A stretch of 64,000 nucleotides of DNA from Lama glama (lineage: Eukaryota): NCBI GenBank assembly GCA_028534125.1, contig CM052816.1, positions 47,122,001 through 47,186,000 of the forward strand, given 5' to 3'. This document shows, in pieces, positions 26,290-39,373 of this stretch. The translations under genes and the position numbers were made by a program. The notes below the pieces were generated by a model, which searched no databases, was not told where the DNA came from, and saw only the letters and a list, made by a program, of their open reading frames with translations. Position 1 is the first letter of the stretch. Each line of letters opens with the position of its first letter.

Positions 26290-28250
26290 GCTTTATCATG
26301 AAAGCCTTTAAGCTTATAGAAAAATTCAAAGAACAGCATATTTATATCTATATTTAAACTGTTTTATAATTGTACTTTTGATATCTTAATCTAATAATTA
26401 TTTATGCGATTTCATATATCCAAGTGTTTGAGGGTTTGTTTGATTTTCTGTTATTAATTTTAAATTTTATTGCTTTATAGTAAAAGAATGAAGTCTGTTT
26501 AATTTTCACTTTTTAAAACTATCAGTGTTCCCTTTGTGGTCATATGTATGATTAACTCGTACAAAGATCCATGGATTCTTGAAAAATATTTCTCTCTTCA
26601 TGGAGTATAAAGTTAAAAATATATATGTATATATATGTAACAATTAAACTTTAAAAATTATGCTGTTCAAATACCATATAAGCTTACTAACATTTTACCA
26701 ACTCAACATATCAAATACTAATATTTTAACTCAACCTGAGAATATTTATGAATTTTAATTGAAAAATTTAACTGTTAGTGTCATAGTTGACATCTTTGTA
26801 CATGTTAGCATGTTATTTTGATTTTGTTTTTGTTTCTTTGATATTTCTATTGATTCTTGGTTTTGTCTCATGAAAACTAAAATTTACCTACTTATTCTAG
26901 TGATTTTGATAGTATTCTTTTTTATCATTCTATTAATGATTACCATATTAATTAAATTCTTGTTTCCTTAATGATTAATTTATAAATAAAATACAATGTG
27001 TAATAGAAAGAAACTAATACCCCTGTACATACAATGTCCTGGTGATTATTAAATGTTTTTGTAATTTGTGCCTTTTCTTAAAGTGATCTTTGCTTATTGT
27101 TTTGAAATCATTTAAAAACCTTTTTATTAATTAAATTCTACATTTCATAGTCTTCAATGTTTACTACTAATCCTTCAATGCCATTATTAAATTTTATATT
27201 TGTTTATATTTGTCTCTCATTTAGGTGAAATGTTTTTACAGTTTGTTTACAGAAAACAGATGAGTTGCATATTTCTAAGGCCTTTCATAACTGAGATGTA
27301 TTTCTGCTGTCTTCACACACAAATTTGTTTTTGTATGAAATTCTTGAGTCTCAATCTTTCTTTTTTTCCTCTAAACTATAGATACTGCTCTATTTTCTTC
27401 TCGCTTATTATGAGGTATTTATTTTGTGTATTATAAGATGTCTAAAGCAAGCTCAATTCTCATTCTAGGATAGGAAATCTGTTTTATTTTTCCTGATGCT
27501 TCTAGGATCTTTCCTTTTGGTTGGAATTCCCTAACATTATGGGAATATACTTGAATAGTAGTCTCTTTTCATAGTGATGTCTTTTCATTAGTTCTGCCAC
27601 CAATAAGGTGAGCCTTCTTGATCTCTCTGTATCAGTCTTTCTCCAGACCCGAAGTTTTCTTTTGTTAGGTCTGAGGTTTCACTTCTCTTTCATTTGTTCT
27701 CCTTCCACCTGTTCTCTGCATTCTCTTCCTGTGATCTTCTCTTTCATAATTTAATTTTTCCTTTTTTTTTGTATTATAGTATTGTTACCCCAGCATATCT
27801 TCCTTACTGCCAGAACATTTTTATATATCTGGAATTTATCACTTATGACAATGTTTTCAATTCTGCAGATGCATTTTCCTGTTTCTTTCTGATCTCCCCT
27901 TATATAACTCAGTTCACCTGGTTCCCAGCCAACTCCTCACTTATCCCAGTCTGTTGTCTCATCCTTTACCTCTGCATTCATAGACTCTAATTTTTCTGGA
28001 TTTGAAGGAATACAGGGAAAACCTTTATAAAATTTCCTGTAGTAAATGTTCTTCAAAACTGTGCTGTTCATTTATATCATAAAAGTGATATTTGAATTTG
28101 GCACTTCAGAAAATTTTCATAGGCCTCATATTGTGTTTTTTTTTCTATATATTTATTAATTAGGAAAAATCTATCTAGTCCAATATTCCCCTGGTTGTCT
28201 ATCTGGTTGTTCTTGGATCCATTGTCTTAGACATTACGTTGGAGTGCTGA
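26290..28250 (-). mobile_element. Highly degraded L1ME-class relic (ORF2 5' part and ORF1)
   Basis: Antisense endonuclease-like sequence at ~26440-26700 and T-rich antisense ORF1-like sequence at ~27200-28000. Confidence 0.55.
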
Positions 28251-29064
28251 TTGATATGTATTATTTTTATCCAACTTTCTGGATATTTAAAGTCTCTTAA
28301 CTAATGTGGATCTGCTGGTCAAAGACATACCTTGATCTGGCTGCCTGAGTGTCTTACATAACAAATGTGGTTTACATTTGGGTATTATGAGGCAATAATG
28401 AGTTATTCTCTCACCATGGCTCATCCCACTTGACCTCTTTTACATATCTAGGTATAAAATGACACCTGCTTTAAACTTCTGGGCCCTCTCAGCTCTTCTT
28501 TTGGAGTTCCTGTCAAATTAAATAGACGTGAAACTTCAAAACATGGGTGTGGGGAGAACTATGGAGTGAGAAGTTTGCAAATGGGGCTGCCTTCCCTAGA
28601 AAGCACCTCCTGCCCAGTGTGAAGGTGGTTTGCTTCTCTGTAGTTGATGTGGACTTGTCTTTAAGGTAGGGGAAGACACTGTAGGTAGACAGATGGAAAT
28701 CTCCCACTATTTTTCACCCAGAGTCTGACCCTGCACTATAGCATTATGTACCCATATTTTAGAAAATAAAATTTCCTTCTGATGTCTGACATATCCTCGA
28801 CAAAGATTCCTGGCTTCCATGCTATTGAAACATTACATCTCTTTATTTGTATTTTAAAGGAAAGGCAGAGAAGGATGAAAGGCCAGAAAAAATACTTTGG
28901 AATACTTTTGAGGAAGATGGTACTTAAAAGTCAGATATTATCTGAGTTTTAAATTATCGCAAAAGACAGATTTTTCTCTTCTAAGTATACAAGGTAGTGA
29001 TTATCCAAACACTACCTAGTGTAGGGTATAGAATAGTAGGAACAAAGTAGAGGAATCAGCATTT

Positions 29065-30966
29065 AACCCAGAACCAACAGACAAGACTGAGAGAGAAATA
29101 GTAGAAATAAAAATAGCAAGTTATGCAAAATGAGGTAACAAAAGAATATGTTCCCTATGAAGGAATAAGATAAAACCCCAGAGAAAGAACTAAGTGTAGT
29201 GGAGATAAGCAATCTACCCAATGGAGAGTTCAATGTGATGATCATAAAGATACTCAAAGAACTCAAAAGAATGGGTGAACCCAGTGAGAAGTCAGACATT
29301 TCTAATAAAGAGAAACTATAAAGAAAAGCCAAACAGCACTGAAGAATACAATAACTGAAACAAAAAATAAACTAGACAAAAATCACTAGTAGATTTTAAT
29401 ACAGATATAGAAGAACAGATCAGGAACTGAAGGACTGGGAAGTGGAAATCACTGAAGCCGAAAAGGAAAAAGGAAAAAAGAGAAAAAATGAGGACAGTTT
29501 AAGAGAACAGCATCATGCACACTAACATTCCCATCATTTGGGTCTCAGAGAAAAGAGAAAGGGGCAGAGAACATATCTGAAGACATAATGGCTGAAAACT
29601 TCCCTAACCTGAGAAAGGAAACAGACATTCATGTCCAGGAAGCATAAAGTGTCCCAAACAAGATCCATCCAAAGAGATCCACACCAAGATACAGTGTAAT
29701 TAAAATGGCAAAAATTAAAGATAGAGAATATTAAAAGCAGCAAGGGAAAAGCAACACATTACTAACAAGGGAACTCCCATAAAGTGATCAACTGACTTTT
29801 CTGCAGTCCAGAAGCGAGTGGCACATATATTTAAAGTGGTGAAAGGAAAAAACCTACAACCAAGAATATTCTATCTGGCAAGACTATCATTCAGATTTGA
29901 AGAAAAGATCAAGAATTTTACAAATAAGCAAAAGCTAAGCATTCAGCACCATGATACCAGCTTTACAAGAAATGCTCAAGGGACTTTGCTAAGCAAAAAA
30001 GAAAAGGCCATTATTAGAAATATGAAAACTGCAAAAGGAATAATCTCATTGGCAAAGGCAAACGTATAGTGAAGGTAGAAGATCAACCGCTTACAAAGCT
30101 AGTGGGAAGATTAAAATACAAAAGCAGTCAAATCATCTGTATCCACGATAAGTAGTTAAGGGATACACAAACAAAAATATGTAAAATATGATTGTCAAAA
30201 ATATTCAGTGTTGGGGGGCAGTAAAAATGCAAGGTTGTTAAAAATGTGTTTGAACTTAAGAAATCAGCAACTTGAAATATGAGTAATTAGTCTATGACAA
30301 AGGGGGCAAGAATGTACAATGGAGAAAAAAATAGCCCTTTCAATAAATGGTGTTGGGAAAACTGTGACAACATGGATGGACCCAGAGGATATTCTGCTAA
30401 GTGAAATAAGTCAAAAAGATAAAGAAAAATATTTGAAAAGAAACGAAAGAACTTTGTATGATGACATGTAACTAGACTTATCAGTGATCATTTTGAGATG
30501 TATAGAAATATTGAATCACTGTTGTACAACTGAACTAACATTGTTTCGGAGGTCAATTATACTTCAGAAACAAAACAAACACACAAACAAACTCATAGAA
30601 AAAGATCAGATTTGTCGTTACCAGAGCTAGGGGTGGGAGGAGAGGAAACTGAATGAGGCAGTCAAAATGTACAAACTTCCACTTATAAGAAATGTAAGTC
30701 CTAGGGATATAATGTGCATGACAAATATAATAAACAATGCTGTATGTGATATATGAAAGTTGTTAAGAGAGTAAATCCTAAGAGCCCTCATCTCAAGAAA
30801 ACATATTTTTTCTGTTTCTTTAATGTATTTATATGAGATGATGGCTGTTCATAAACTTATTGTGATAATCATTTCATGATGTATGTAAGTCAAATCACTA
30901 TGATGTACACCTTAAATTTATACATTGCTATATGTCAGTTATATCTCAAAAAACTGGAAGAAAAAA
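29065..30966 (+). mobile_element. Internally deleted L1: ORF1, small ORF2 remnants and a tandem 3' UTR
   Basis: ORF 29818-30069 (IFKVVKGKNLQPRIFYLARLSFRFEEKIKNF) is the ORF1p C-terminal domain; ORF2 is reduced to ~30285-30430; ends tatatctcaaaaaactggaagaaaaaa. Confidence 0.9.
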
Positions 30967-30994
30967 TCATTAAAACTAAGGTGAACTGTAAAAA

Positions 30995-32001
30995 AAAGAG
31001 TTCTTTGTATATTTTGGGATAACAGTCCTTTTTTAGATAATGTCTTTCGTAAATATTTTCTCCAGTCTGTGGCTTATCTTTTCATTCTCTTGACAGTGTC
31101 TTTTGCAGAGCAGAAATTTCTAGTTACAATTAAGTTCAGCTTATCAGTTCTTTCTTTCATGGACTGTGCCTTTAGCGTTGCATCTAAAAAGTCATTGCCA
31201 AACCCAACCTATGTTATCTTCTAGGAGCATAGTAGCTTTGTGTTTTACCTTTAAGTCTGTGATCTCTTTGGAGTTAATTTTTGGGAAGAGTGTAAGATCT
31301 GTGTCTAGATTCAATCTTTGCATGTTATTTGTTGAAAAAACTCTTATTTTATTGCCTTTGCTCATTTGTCAAAGATAAGTTGACTATATTTATGATGTCT
31401 ATTTCTGGGCTCTTTATTCTATTCCATTGATCTGTGTATTCAATACCACACTAATTTGATTACTGTAACTTTGTAGTAAATCTTGAAGTTGGATAGTGTC
31501 AGTCCTCCAACTTTGTTCTTCTTCAATATTATATTGGCTATCTTGGTTTCTTGTCTCGCCATGTAAGCTTTAGAATCACTTTGTCAATATCCACAAAGTA
31601 CCTTGCTGGGATTTTGATTGGGATGACATTGAATCTATAGATCAAGTTGGGAAGAACTTATATCTTAACAATATTTTGTCTCCCTTTCCATGAACATGAA
31701 ATACCTCACCACTTATTTAGTTCTACTTTGATTTCATTCATCAGAGGTTTGTAGTTTTTCTCATGTAACTCTTGCTCATATCTTGTTACATTATACCTAA
31801 GTATTTCATTTCAGGGGATACTAATATAAATATAGTGTTGTGCTTTTAATTTCAAATTCCACTTGTTCATTGCTGGTATATAGGAAAGTGATTGACTTTT
31901 GTTTCTTAACCTTGTATCCTGAAACCTTACTAAAATTGCTTATTAGTTCCAGGAATGTTTTGGTTAATTCTTTTGGATTCTCTACATAGACAATCATGTC
32001 A
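30995..32001 (-). mobile_element. L1MC-class ORF2 fragment
   Basis: Antisense ORF2 from the RT 'DMIVYVENP' region (tctacatagacaatcatgtca) to 'aaatatacaaagaactc'. Confidence 0.88.
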
Positions 32002-33760
32002 CACCTGATACAAAAATTAATTCAAAATGGATCACAAAACCAAATGTAAAATGTAGAACTATAAAGCTTTTACCAAAAAACACAGGAGAAAATATCTGGG
32101 ACCCAAGGATTAGGCAAAGAATTCTTAGATTAGATACCAAAAGCATGATCCTTTACAGAAAAAAAACTGATGGTTTGATTTGATCAAAATTGAAAACTTT
32201 TGTCAGCAAAAGACTCTGTTAGGAGGATGATAAGAGAAGCTACAGAATCGGAGAAAATATATGAAACCACATATTTGACAAAAGATAGGTGTATCTTTGA
32301 CAAAAAGATATTCTATATCCACAACATTTAAAGACTTCTCAAAACTCAACAGTAAAAAAGCAAAGAATCCAATTAGAATAGGGAAATGGCAAAATACATG
32401 AAGAGACATTGTACCAAAAAAAAAATACAGATGATAGATTACTATATGAAAAGATGCTCAGCATCATTAGCCACTAGGGAAATGCAAACAAAACTAAACA
32501 AAACAAAACATAATGAGGTATCACTAAACATGTACCAGAATGGCTTTAAAAAATACCGATATCACCAAATGTTGGTGAGAATGAGGAGAATCTAGATCAC
32601 TCATACACTGCTGGTGGACATATAAAATAAAGATACAGCCACACTGGAAAATAGTTTAATAAATAGTTTAACAGTGGTCTTAAAAGCTAAACATGCAAAT
32701 ATTTTCCAGCCTAACCAATATACTCTTGGGCATTTATCCCAGAGAAATGAAGGCATAAACTCACGCAAAAACCTGTACATGAATATTTATAGTAGCTTCA
32801 TTTGTAATCACCAAAAACCGGAAACAACCCAGATGTTCTTCAGTAGGTCTATGACAAGACAAACTGGTTCACCCGGACCATGGAACACTACTCGGCAATA
32901 AGGAGGAGCCAACTATTGATATACACAACCTGGAGTAATATCACCAGAGAATTATGCTGAGTGAAAAAAAGCCAATGACAGAAAGTTCCATGCTTATGAT
33001 TTCATTTATATGACATTCTTTTTTTAAAAAACATTTTTTATTGATTTATAATCATTTTACAATGTTGTGTCAAATTCCAGTGTTCAGCACAATTTTTCAG
33101 TCATTCATGGACATATACACACTCGTCACATTTTTTTCTCTGTGATTTATCGTAACATTTTGTGTATATTTCCCTGTGCTATACAGTGTAATCTTGTTTA
33201 TCTATTCTACAATTTTGAAATCCCAGTCTATCCCTTCCCACCCTCCACCCCCCGGTAACCACAAGTCTGTATTCTCTGTCTGTGAGTCTATTTCTGTCCT
33301 GTATTTATGCTTTGTTTTTGTTTGTTTGCTTGTTTTTGTTTTTGTGTTTTAGATTCCACATATGAGCGATCTCATATGGTATTTTTCTTTCTCTTTCTGG
33401 CTTACTTCACTTCATTTATATAACATTCTTGAAATGACAAAAACCGTAAAAATAGAAAACACATTAGTGATTGCTAGGGGTTGATGAAGGGATGGGTGTA
33501 GGTGGGAACTGGGAGTGCTTATAAATGGGCAAAAGAGGGATCCTTGTGGTGATGGAAATGTTTCGTTTCTTGACTGTATCAATGGCAATATTCTGGTTGT
33601 GATATTGTATTGTGTGCTGTATTACACTGTACTAGTACCATGTTACCATTGGGGGAAACTGGGTGGGTAAAGGGTATATTGGATCTTTGTATTATTACTT
33701 ACAACATATGAGTTTGTGAATCTACAGTTTTCAGAGCAAAAGGTTTAATTCTAAAATAGA
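32002..33760 (+). mobile_element. L1MC/MD-class ORF2 C-terminus plus 3' UTR
   Basis: ORF 32386-32595 (MKRCSASLATREMQ) is ORF2 C-terminal; 3' UTR 'gggatccttgtggtgatggaaatgtt...gttaccattgggggaaactggg'. Confidence 0.88.
33021..33410 (-). mobile_element. Young lineage-specific L1 3' end
   Basis: 20-bp TSD with one mismatch, ttcatttatatgacattctt (33001-33020) / ttcatttatataacattctt (33411-33430); retains CpGs. Confidence 0.93.
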
Positions 33761-34420
33761 ATTTTTAATAAAACGAATACTTGAAAATTTACCAAGAGAC
33801 CACAAAAGTGACAAAATGGGAAGATTATTTAATGGGGATAAGGAGGGAGCATAGAAGCTGGAGAGGGAAGAGAGCCTTCCAAAAATAAACACCCATAGGC
33901 AATTTTCATGCTTACACTAATGTATACGCAAAGTATAGTCAAGTGCTTGCTCAGGCGAAGTGAACTGACTCAGGTCCTCTGGTTGTGACCTACTAAAAGA
34001 TTTTGTCCTGGGAGAAGGAAGGCTAGAAAGTGAATCTCAAATTGATAGCACTCTCCTTCCAAGGCATGGTTTGTTTACCTCGATATGAGAACTTCGAAAT
34101 AAGACCCCACCTGAACCTTCTAGGAGTTAACTTGACTGTGATGCCATCTGATTTGCTTAGAGGTTATTTATTTTGCAGTTCTAGACATATTAACTGAAAA
34201 TTGCTGTGCGTTAGAAATCCAGAGTCTTTCACCTCTTGTTTGGCTGGTGCTAAACAACTATTAAAAAAGCAGAATTTTTTGTAATTATTCATACAGCTTA
34301 ATGGACAAATTGATGGCTTTTTCTTCTCTGGCCCCTGCTACCACCTCTCTACATGTCATATTATTTAATGCCCACTCCACCAGTAAATTGCTATAATCTT
34401 AATGTGATAGTTCTAATATG

Positions 34421-34685
34421 ATAATAATAGCTAATCTTTACCAAGAACTTACTACATGCCAGACACATGCCAAGCACTATTTAAATACTGTACATTTGTT
34501 AAACTCATTTAATCTTCCTAACAATCCTATGGGTTATATTCTGTTATTACCATTTTACAGATGAGGTACAGAGAGGTGAATTACTTTATTCTAGGTGATA
34601 TTTATGCTACAAATAGTGAAGCCAGGAAACAAATCCAAGTGATTTTAACTCCAGAGTTCATACATTTAACCACTGGGCTTTACTG
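34421..34685 (-). mobile_element. MIR SINE, near full length
   Basis: 'ataataatagctaa...ctcatttaatcttcctaacaatcctatg...ccattttacagatgagg...cagagaggtgaa'. Confidence 0.85.
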
Positions 34686-34759
34686 ACCTCCACGAAACTG
34701 TACTATATAGTGAAGTGTGAGACAATCCTCTAAAAACTGTATGATGCAAACATGAGATG

Positions 34760-35120
34760 TGACAGTTTCTGACTAAGAATACCCTGCGTTTTGGAGCAGC
34801 TTAGTGGCTAACTTTTAGCTAATGTGTGTGGGCAGAAGTGACAGACATCACTTCCAGGGCTGACCATCAAACCTTCCCATCCATGATTTCCCTATTTGCT
34901 TTCACCATCCTTTGGCTGAATGAGAAGGACTTTAGGGACCCAGAGGAGGGCAAAGTCACAAGAGGGAAGGAGCCTGAATCCCTGCATTGCCGCTAAGAAA
35001 AGAACTGCCTAAGGAGAAATATCCGTGTTGGACTCTTGCTTGAGTGAGAAATAAACTTTCATGGTTTTAAGCCATTTAAATTTGACATTGTTTCTTGTTA
35101 GCCGATCTTTAGTAAATACA
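34760..35120 (+). mobile_element. MaLR solo LTR (MLT1I/J-like)
   Basis: 'gcagaagtgac...ggaaggagcctgaatccctg...gagtgagaaataaacttt...aataca'; 5-bp TSD AGATG at 34755-34759 and 35121-35125. Confidence 0.85.
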
Positions 35121-35194
35121 AGATGTTAGTAGTGGTATTACTATCTGAGTTCTCTTCTGTCTTTAGCTCTTTTTTCTTATATCAAACCAAACCC

Positions 35195-36285
35195 TTAACT
35201 ACCCAAGATTTTGTTCTCAGCCCTCTTGTCTTCTCTTTACTTACTCACCTGCTCAGCAATTTTGTGCTTCAATGCTTAGTTCCATATGAAGTCCCAAGTT
35301 TCTCTCCTCTCCCAATCCTCTCTCTTGTGGAGGGCATCTTTTGGTCACCTCTGTCTAGTTGTCCTCCTCCTAGCCCTTCAGACTAGTGATGCCTAAAAGC
35401 TACTTTGTCTTCTTCACTAATTTGGATATGACCATCCTGGCTTATGTGCACCCAGACTGGAAACAAAATCTTGAATTTATCTTTGACATTCTCTGTCCTC
35501 TGTCAATCGAGTGTCCTAATATTCCCCTTCTCAGCTCCTCTCCTGGACTTTCTATTCCATGTCCCTGTTCTTTTCTGGACTGCACAGCCTCTCTTCAACT
35601 TTGTAAAGTTCTTCTTACTGGAATTTGGATTCATATCTGCTTCACTTCAGCCTCTTAATTTCCCCTATAATCAAAACTTTTAATCAAATCATGCTAAAGC
35701 CACTATGAACTGCTGTAATAATTTTAAATGTCACAATTTTATACTCAAAGTCATTGAAATAATAATAAAAATAATTTTTTAGTTTTATCCCATTCTCCTA
35801 TGCCCCAGTATATACTCTATGCTTTACCTAAGCAGTACAACATCAATCTAGTCAGCCTAGGGCTTTTCCAACTACATGTCAGGATCTTGCTATTTCTACC
35901 CATACTTCTTGGTTTACTGGCTAGTGCCCTTTTGCCAAAGTCTATCTCAAATGCCATCTCATTAAGAAAGACTTTTTAAGAAGCACTTTTATTATGAAAA
36001 AAATTAATAGATGGACAAAATAATGTAACGTACCCATTAGATAGCTTCAATAATTATCAATTCATGCCCAGTCTTTTTTCATCTATATCCCTACCCAACC
36101 TCTTATCAGGTCCCAAGCTGAACATAAGCACTCCATCCTCTTTGTATCTCCCTTGCAGCACTAACATTGCATATGAGCATTTAATAACTACTAACATACA
36201 TTTTATGCTCTCTCCTAGATTTAAAGTCCCTTGAAGGTAAGGTCTGAATGTTGCCGCTCCATCTAGCATAACAGTGCCCTGAGTT
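35195..36285 (+). mobile_element. Degraded L2 fragments, with a short antisense L1 3' piece at ~35985-36100
   Basis: Pyrimidine-rich L2 motifs (ctcagccctcttgtcttctct, atctcaaatgccatctc, ctagatttaaagtcccttgaagg). Confidence 0.55.
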
Positions 36286-37378
36286 TAAAAGGAAAAAAAA
36301 ATTTTTTTTAGTTTAAATTAAAATATCTAAGGCTATTTTAAAAGAAGTTGTTTTTCTCAGAGTTAATAATTGTATCTTTTGACAAAATTATCTTTGTACA
36401 AAGCCAACATGCGCACCAGCCCTATTTTTAAATTTTATGAGGAGATTCGTCTGGTTCTTAAGTAATCCAATGCTCTGTTTGGATTATCTCAATAATCACT
36501 CAATTCTATGCCAAGTCTTAGCTCAGGGTGACATTGGACAAATCATGTGGAGTTAGCACAGTGAATATATTCTCTTCACCTGTTTCCTTATTGGCAAATT
36601 GCATCTTCCCATTCAAGCTCACAAGAGAATTATGAGATTAAATAGGGTAGTCACCTATTGATTATACAAGTTATGGACCATTCAGAATTTCTTTTTTGAC
36701 CTTTTTAGATCTATTGTCCAATTCTGTGTTTTTATTATTCACTAGCTCCCCCCTCAAAGGATGATGCAAAGGGAGAAAGAGCACATTAAGCTTAAATTAT
36801 TTAGCAGTGGGGTCAGTAAAAAATTTGGCAGGGTGGAAAATTACAGCCATTAGCTAAAATGAAGATCATCTGCCCTTCATTAACATGAATGATAAACAAT
36901 CATCTGTGAAGCATTTTGAATTCCTTAGAGAAACTCTTAGTTTGCATTTTTGCATCTGAGTGTATGTGTATTTTGATCATGGACACCCTTAATTTATTCA
37001 ATTTTGATATTTCATTGATTCAAAAATTTCAACATACTTTAAGAGTACATATGGAATTGAAACATGGACTTCACAAAATCATTATGTTTCCATAATTTCT
37101 AAAGTTGAGAATGAAATTGTGGGTTGTATTTAGTTTCTATTATGCTTATGCACACTTTGAAGTGAAATACTAAATCCAACATTAAATCAAAACTGGGATT
37201 ATATAAAAAACTGTGCAAAGAACTACCTGAACAGTTATATATGCTAGGTTGATGTGATGAACAAGTTAATGTAGGTTAACAATGAGCCTTGGGAACTACT
37301 CAGCACTGTCATTTTACGATGTTTCTGTAGTTTTCTGCTTATTTTATATGCAGTTACTCTGATAAGATTATGCAGTAT

Positions 37379-37863
37379 TGGGTGGGGGGCGGTGTATGAT
37401 CAGGCCACCCAAGATCTCTTGCTGTCTGTACATCCCCTTCTCGACCAGTGCCTGCTTCACCTACAGCCTACTCACCTGACTGACCTTCCTACATACTGGC
37501 CCCCTGCCCCAGCTAGTAAGTGTTCTACTCTTTAGATCAGAACATCACCACCTGGAGAGCTTATCAAAGGGTCGGTGAGGGGCGGGCCCCTCTGCTAGTT
37601 TCCCGGGTAACGGGAAGTCAGCCTGACGTCAATTCCCCCTATAACCGGTTTCCTCCTTGCCCTGGGAGTAAAGGCTGCTCCAGGTCTTGCCTGCCTCTGT
37701 CTGCTGTAGGCGATGGGGTGTCACTTCAGGATCTTTCTTCAGCAACGAAAGCTCCCCTTAGCCACTAAACCATTGATACCTCAGTTGCTGACTCCAGGTT
37801 CTTTCTTCGGTCTCGCTGATGGGCAAGTACAGGGCTTGCAGGCCTGTGGCATGCAGCCCAACA
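37379..37863 (+). mobile_element. ERVL solo LTR (MER74-like)
   Basis: Ends gggcaagtacagggcttgcaggcctgtggcatgcagcccaaca as in MER74; GC-rich U3; left boundary approximate. Confidence 0.8.
37579..37644 (+). promoter_or_regulatory. Candidate LTR promoter motif cluster: GC box, RFX X-box, CRE, TATA-like
   Basis: GGGGCGGGC 37579-37587; GTTTCCCGGGTAAC 37598-37611; TGACGTCA 37624-37631; TATAA 37640-37644. The motifs are seen directly; activity is unknown. Confidence 0.45.
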
Positions 37864-38042
37864 AGGAGTTACTGGGAATAATCACGTACTTTGGTGGTGT
37901 TGGCTAATTTGGTGACTGGCAACAATCTAAGGTCACATATTCATAAAGGCCAGGCTGTTTTATCATTGTTGAGGAAATGTAGAGGACCTGGAGAAATCAT
38001 TTACTTCTCTTTGCTTGTGTTGGGTAATGCCCTAAAATTGTT

Positions 38043-38210
38043 CAGGGAAGCCCGGGGGCCATACTGAGACATGCTGGGTGACATGTCCCCATCCCCACAT
38101 TATCAGAGCAGTTCTGCTTTCATTGGTCTTAGTGAAATGTTGTGTATGGTTGCATCTTTTTTATTTGTAAATTTAAGTGCTCACTATTAAAAATATTTGA
38201 AAGCTACTGA
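38043..38210. mobile_element. hAT-Charlie MITE relic (MER103-like)
   Basis: 'atcagagcagttctgctttc...tcactattaaaaatatttgaaagctactg' terminus. Confidence 0.45.
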
Positions 38211-38798
38211 TCAGATTTACCACCCCCCCACTCGCCTCTAGGTGAGCTTTCACCTGCACTTATAGGCTCTCTGACATATCACTGAGGATCTGATTTTTGA
38301 AGTCTGATTATAGATGATATTATCAGTATATGCCTGAGTTAGAGATACTGTCTTTCAATATCTTTATTCTAAATTCTTTTAGTTACTAGTGCGTCACAGT
38401 AGGTAAATTACTGAGTTCCTTTCCTAAGAGTTTATTTTGTAAGTATAACCCTCCCCATCTTTTCCTTGTAATCTCCAGTCAGTCTTCACTGCTTGACAAA
38501 TTATGGGCAATCTCTGTATTCTGACAAGGAAGTCTTCAAGCACATAGCACCTGTGCTATCTACCACTGCCCACCACCATTGGAGTTCAGTAGAGCTGAAG
38601 GCCCAAGACAAGGTCTCACACAGGCTGGGCTGAATTAAATCTCATAGCAATGATATCAGGTGACTCTATCTCTGCTGTTGTCTCCATTACGCTTTCCATT
38701 ATTTGTTAAAAGCAACTAATCTTTTAAAAAACTTTGAGGGAGAAGAAAAATAAAACATTTTAAGCAGCAAAAAAAGTGCTGCTTAAGGTTATGGCAAG

Positions 38799-39373
38799 AT
38801 CAAGACATGGAAGCAACCTAAATGTCCATCAGCAGATGACTGATGTGGTTTATTTATACAATGGAATACTACTCAGCCATAAAAAGAATAAAGTAATGCC
38901 ATTTGCAGCAACATGGATGGACCTAGAGATAGTCATTCTAAGTGAAGTAAGTCAGAAAGAGAAAGAAAAATATTGTATGATATCACTCATATGTGGAATC
39001 AAAAAAAAAAGAACACTATGAAGTCATCTACAAAACAGACATAGACTTGCAGACATGGTAAACAATCTTAAGGTTACTGGGGAAAGAGGGTGGGAAGGGA
39101 TAAATTTGGGAGTTTGAGATTTACAAATGTTAGCCACTATATATAAAAACAGTTTAAAAAAAAAGGTTTCTTCTGTATAGCACAGAGAACTATGTTCAAT
39201 ATCTTATAATAACCTTTAATGAAAAAAATATGAAAACAAATATATGTATATATCTGCATGACTGAGACATTGTGCTGTACACCAGAAATGGACACATTGT
39301 AATCGACTGTACTTCAATTTAAAAAAATTTCTTTTTAATTAAAAATGAAAATAAAATATCTAGACAATAAAAA
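38799..39373 (+). mobile_element. 5'-truncated lineage-specific L1 (ORF2 end plus 3' UTR)
   Basis: ORF 38776-39021 includes [23 protein letters not shown] (ORF2 C-terminus); TSD aaggttatggcaag (38785-38798) / aaggttatgacaag (39374-39387). Confidence 0.93.
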
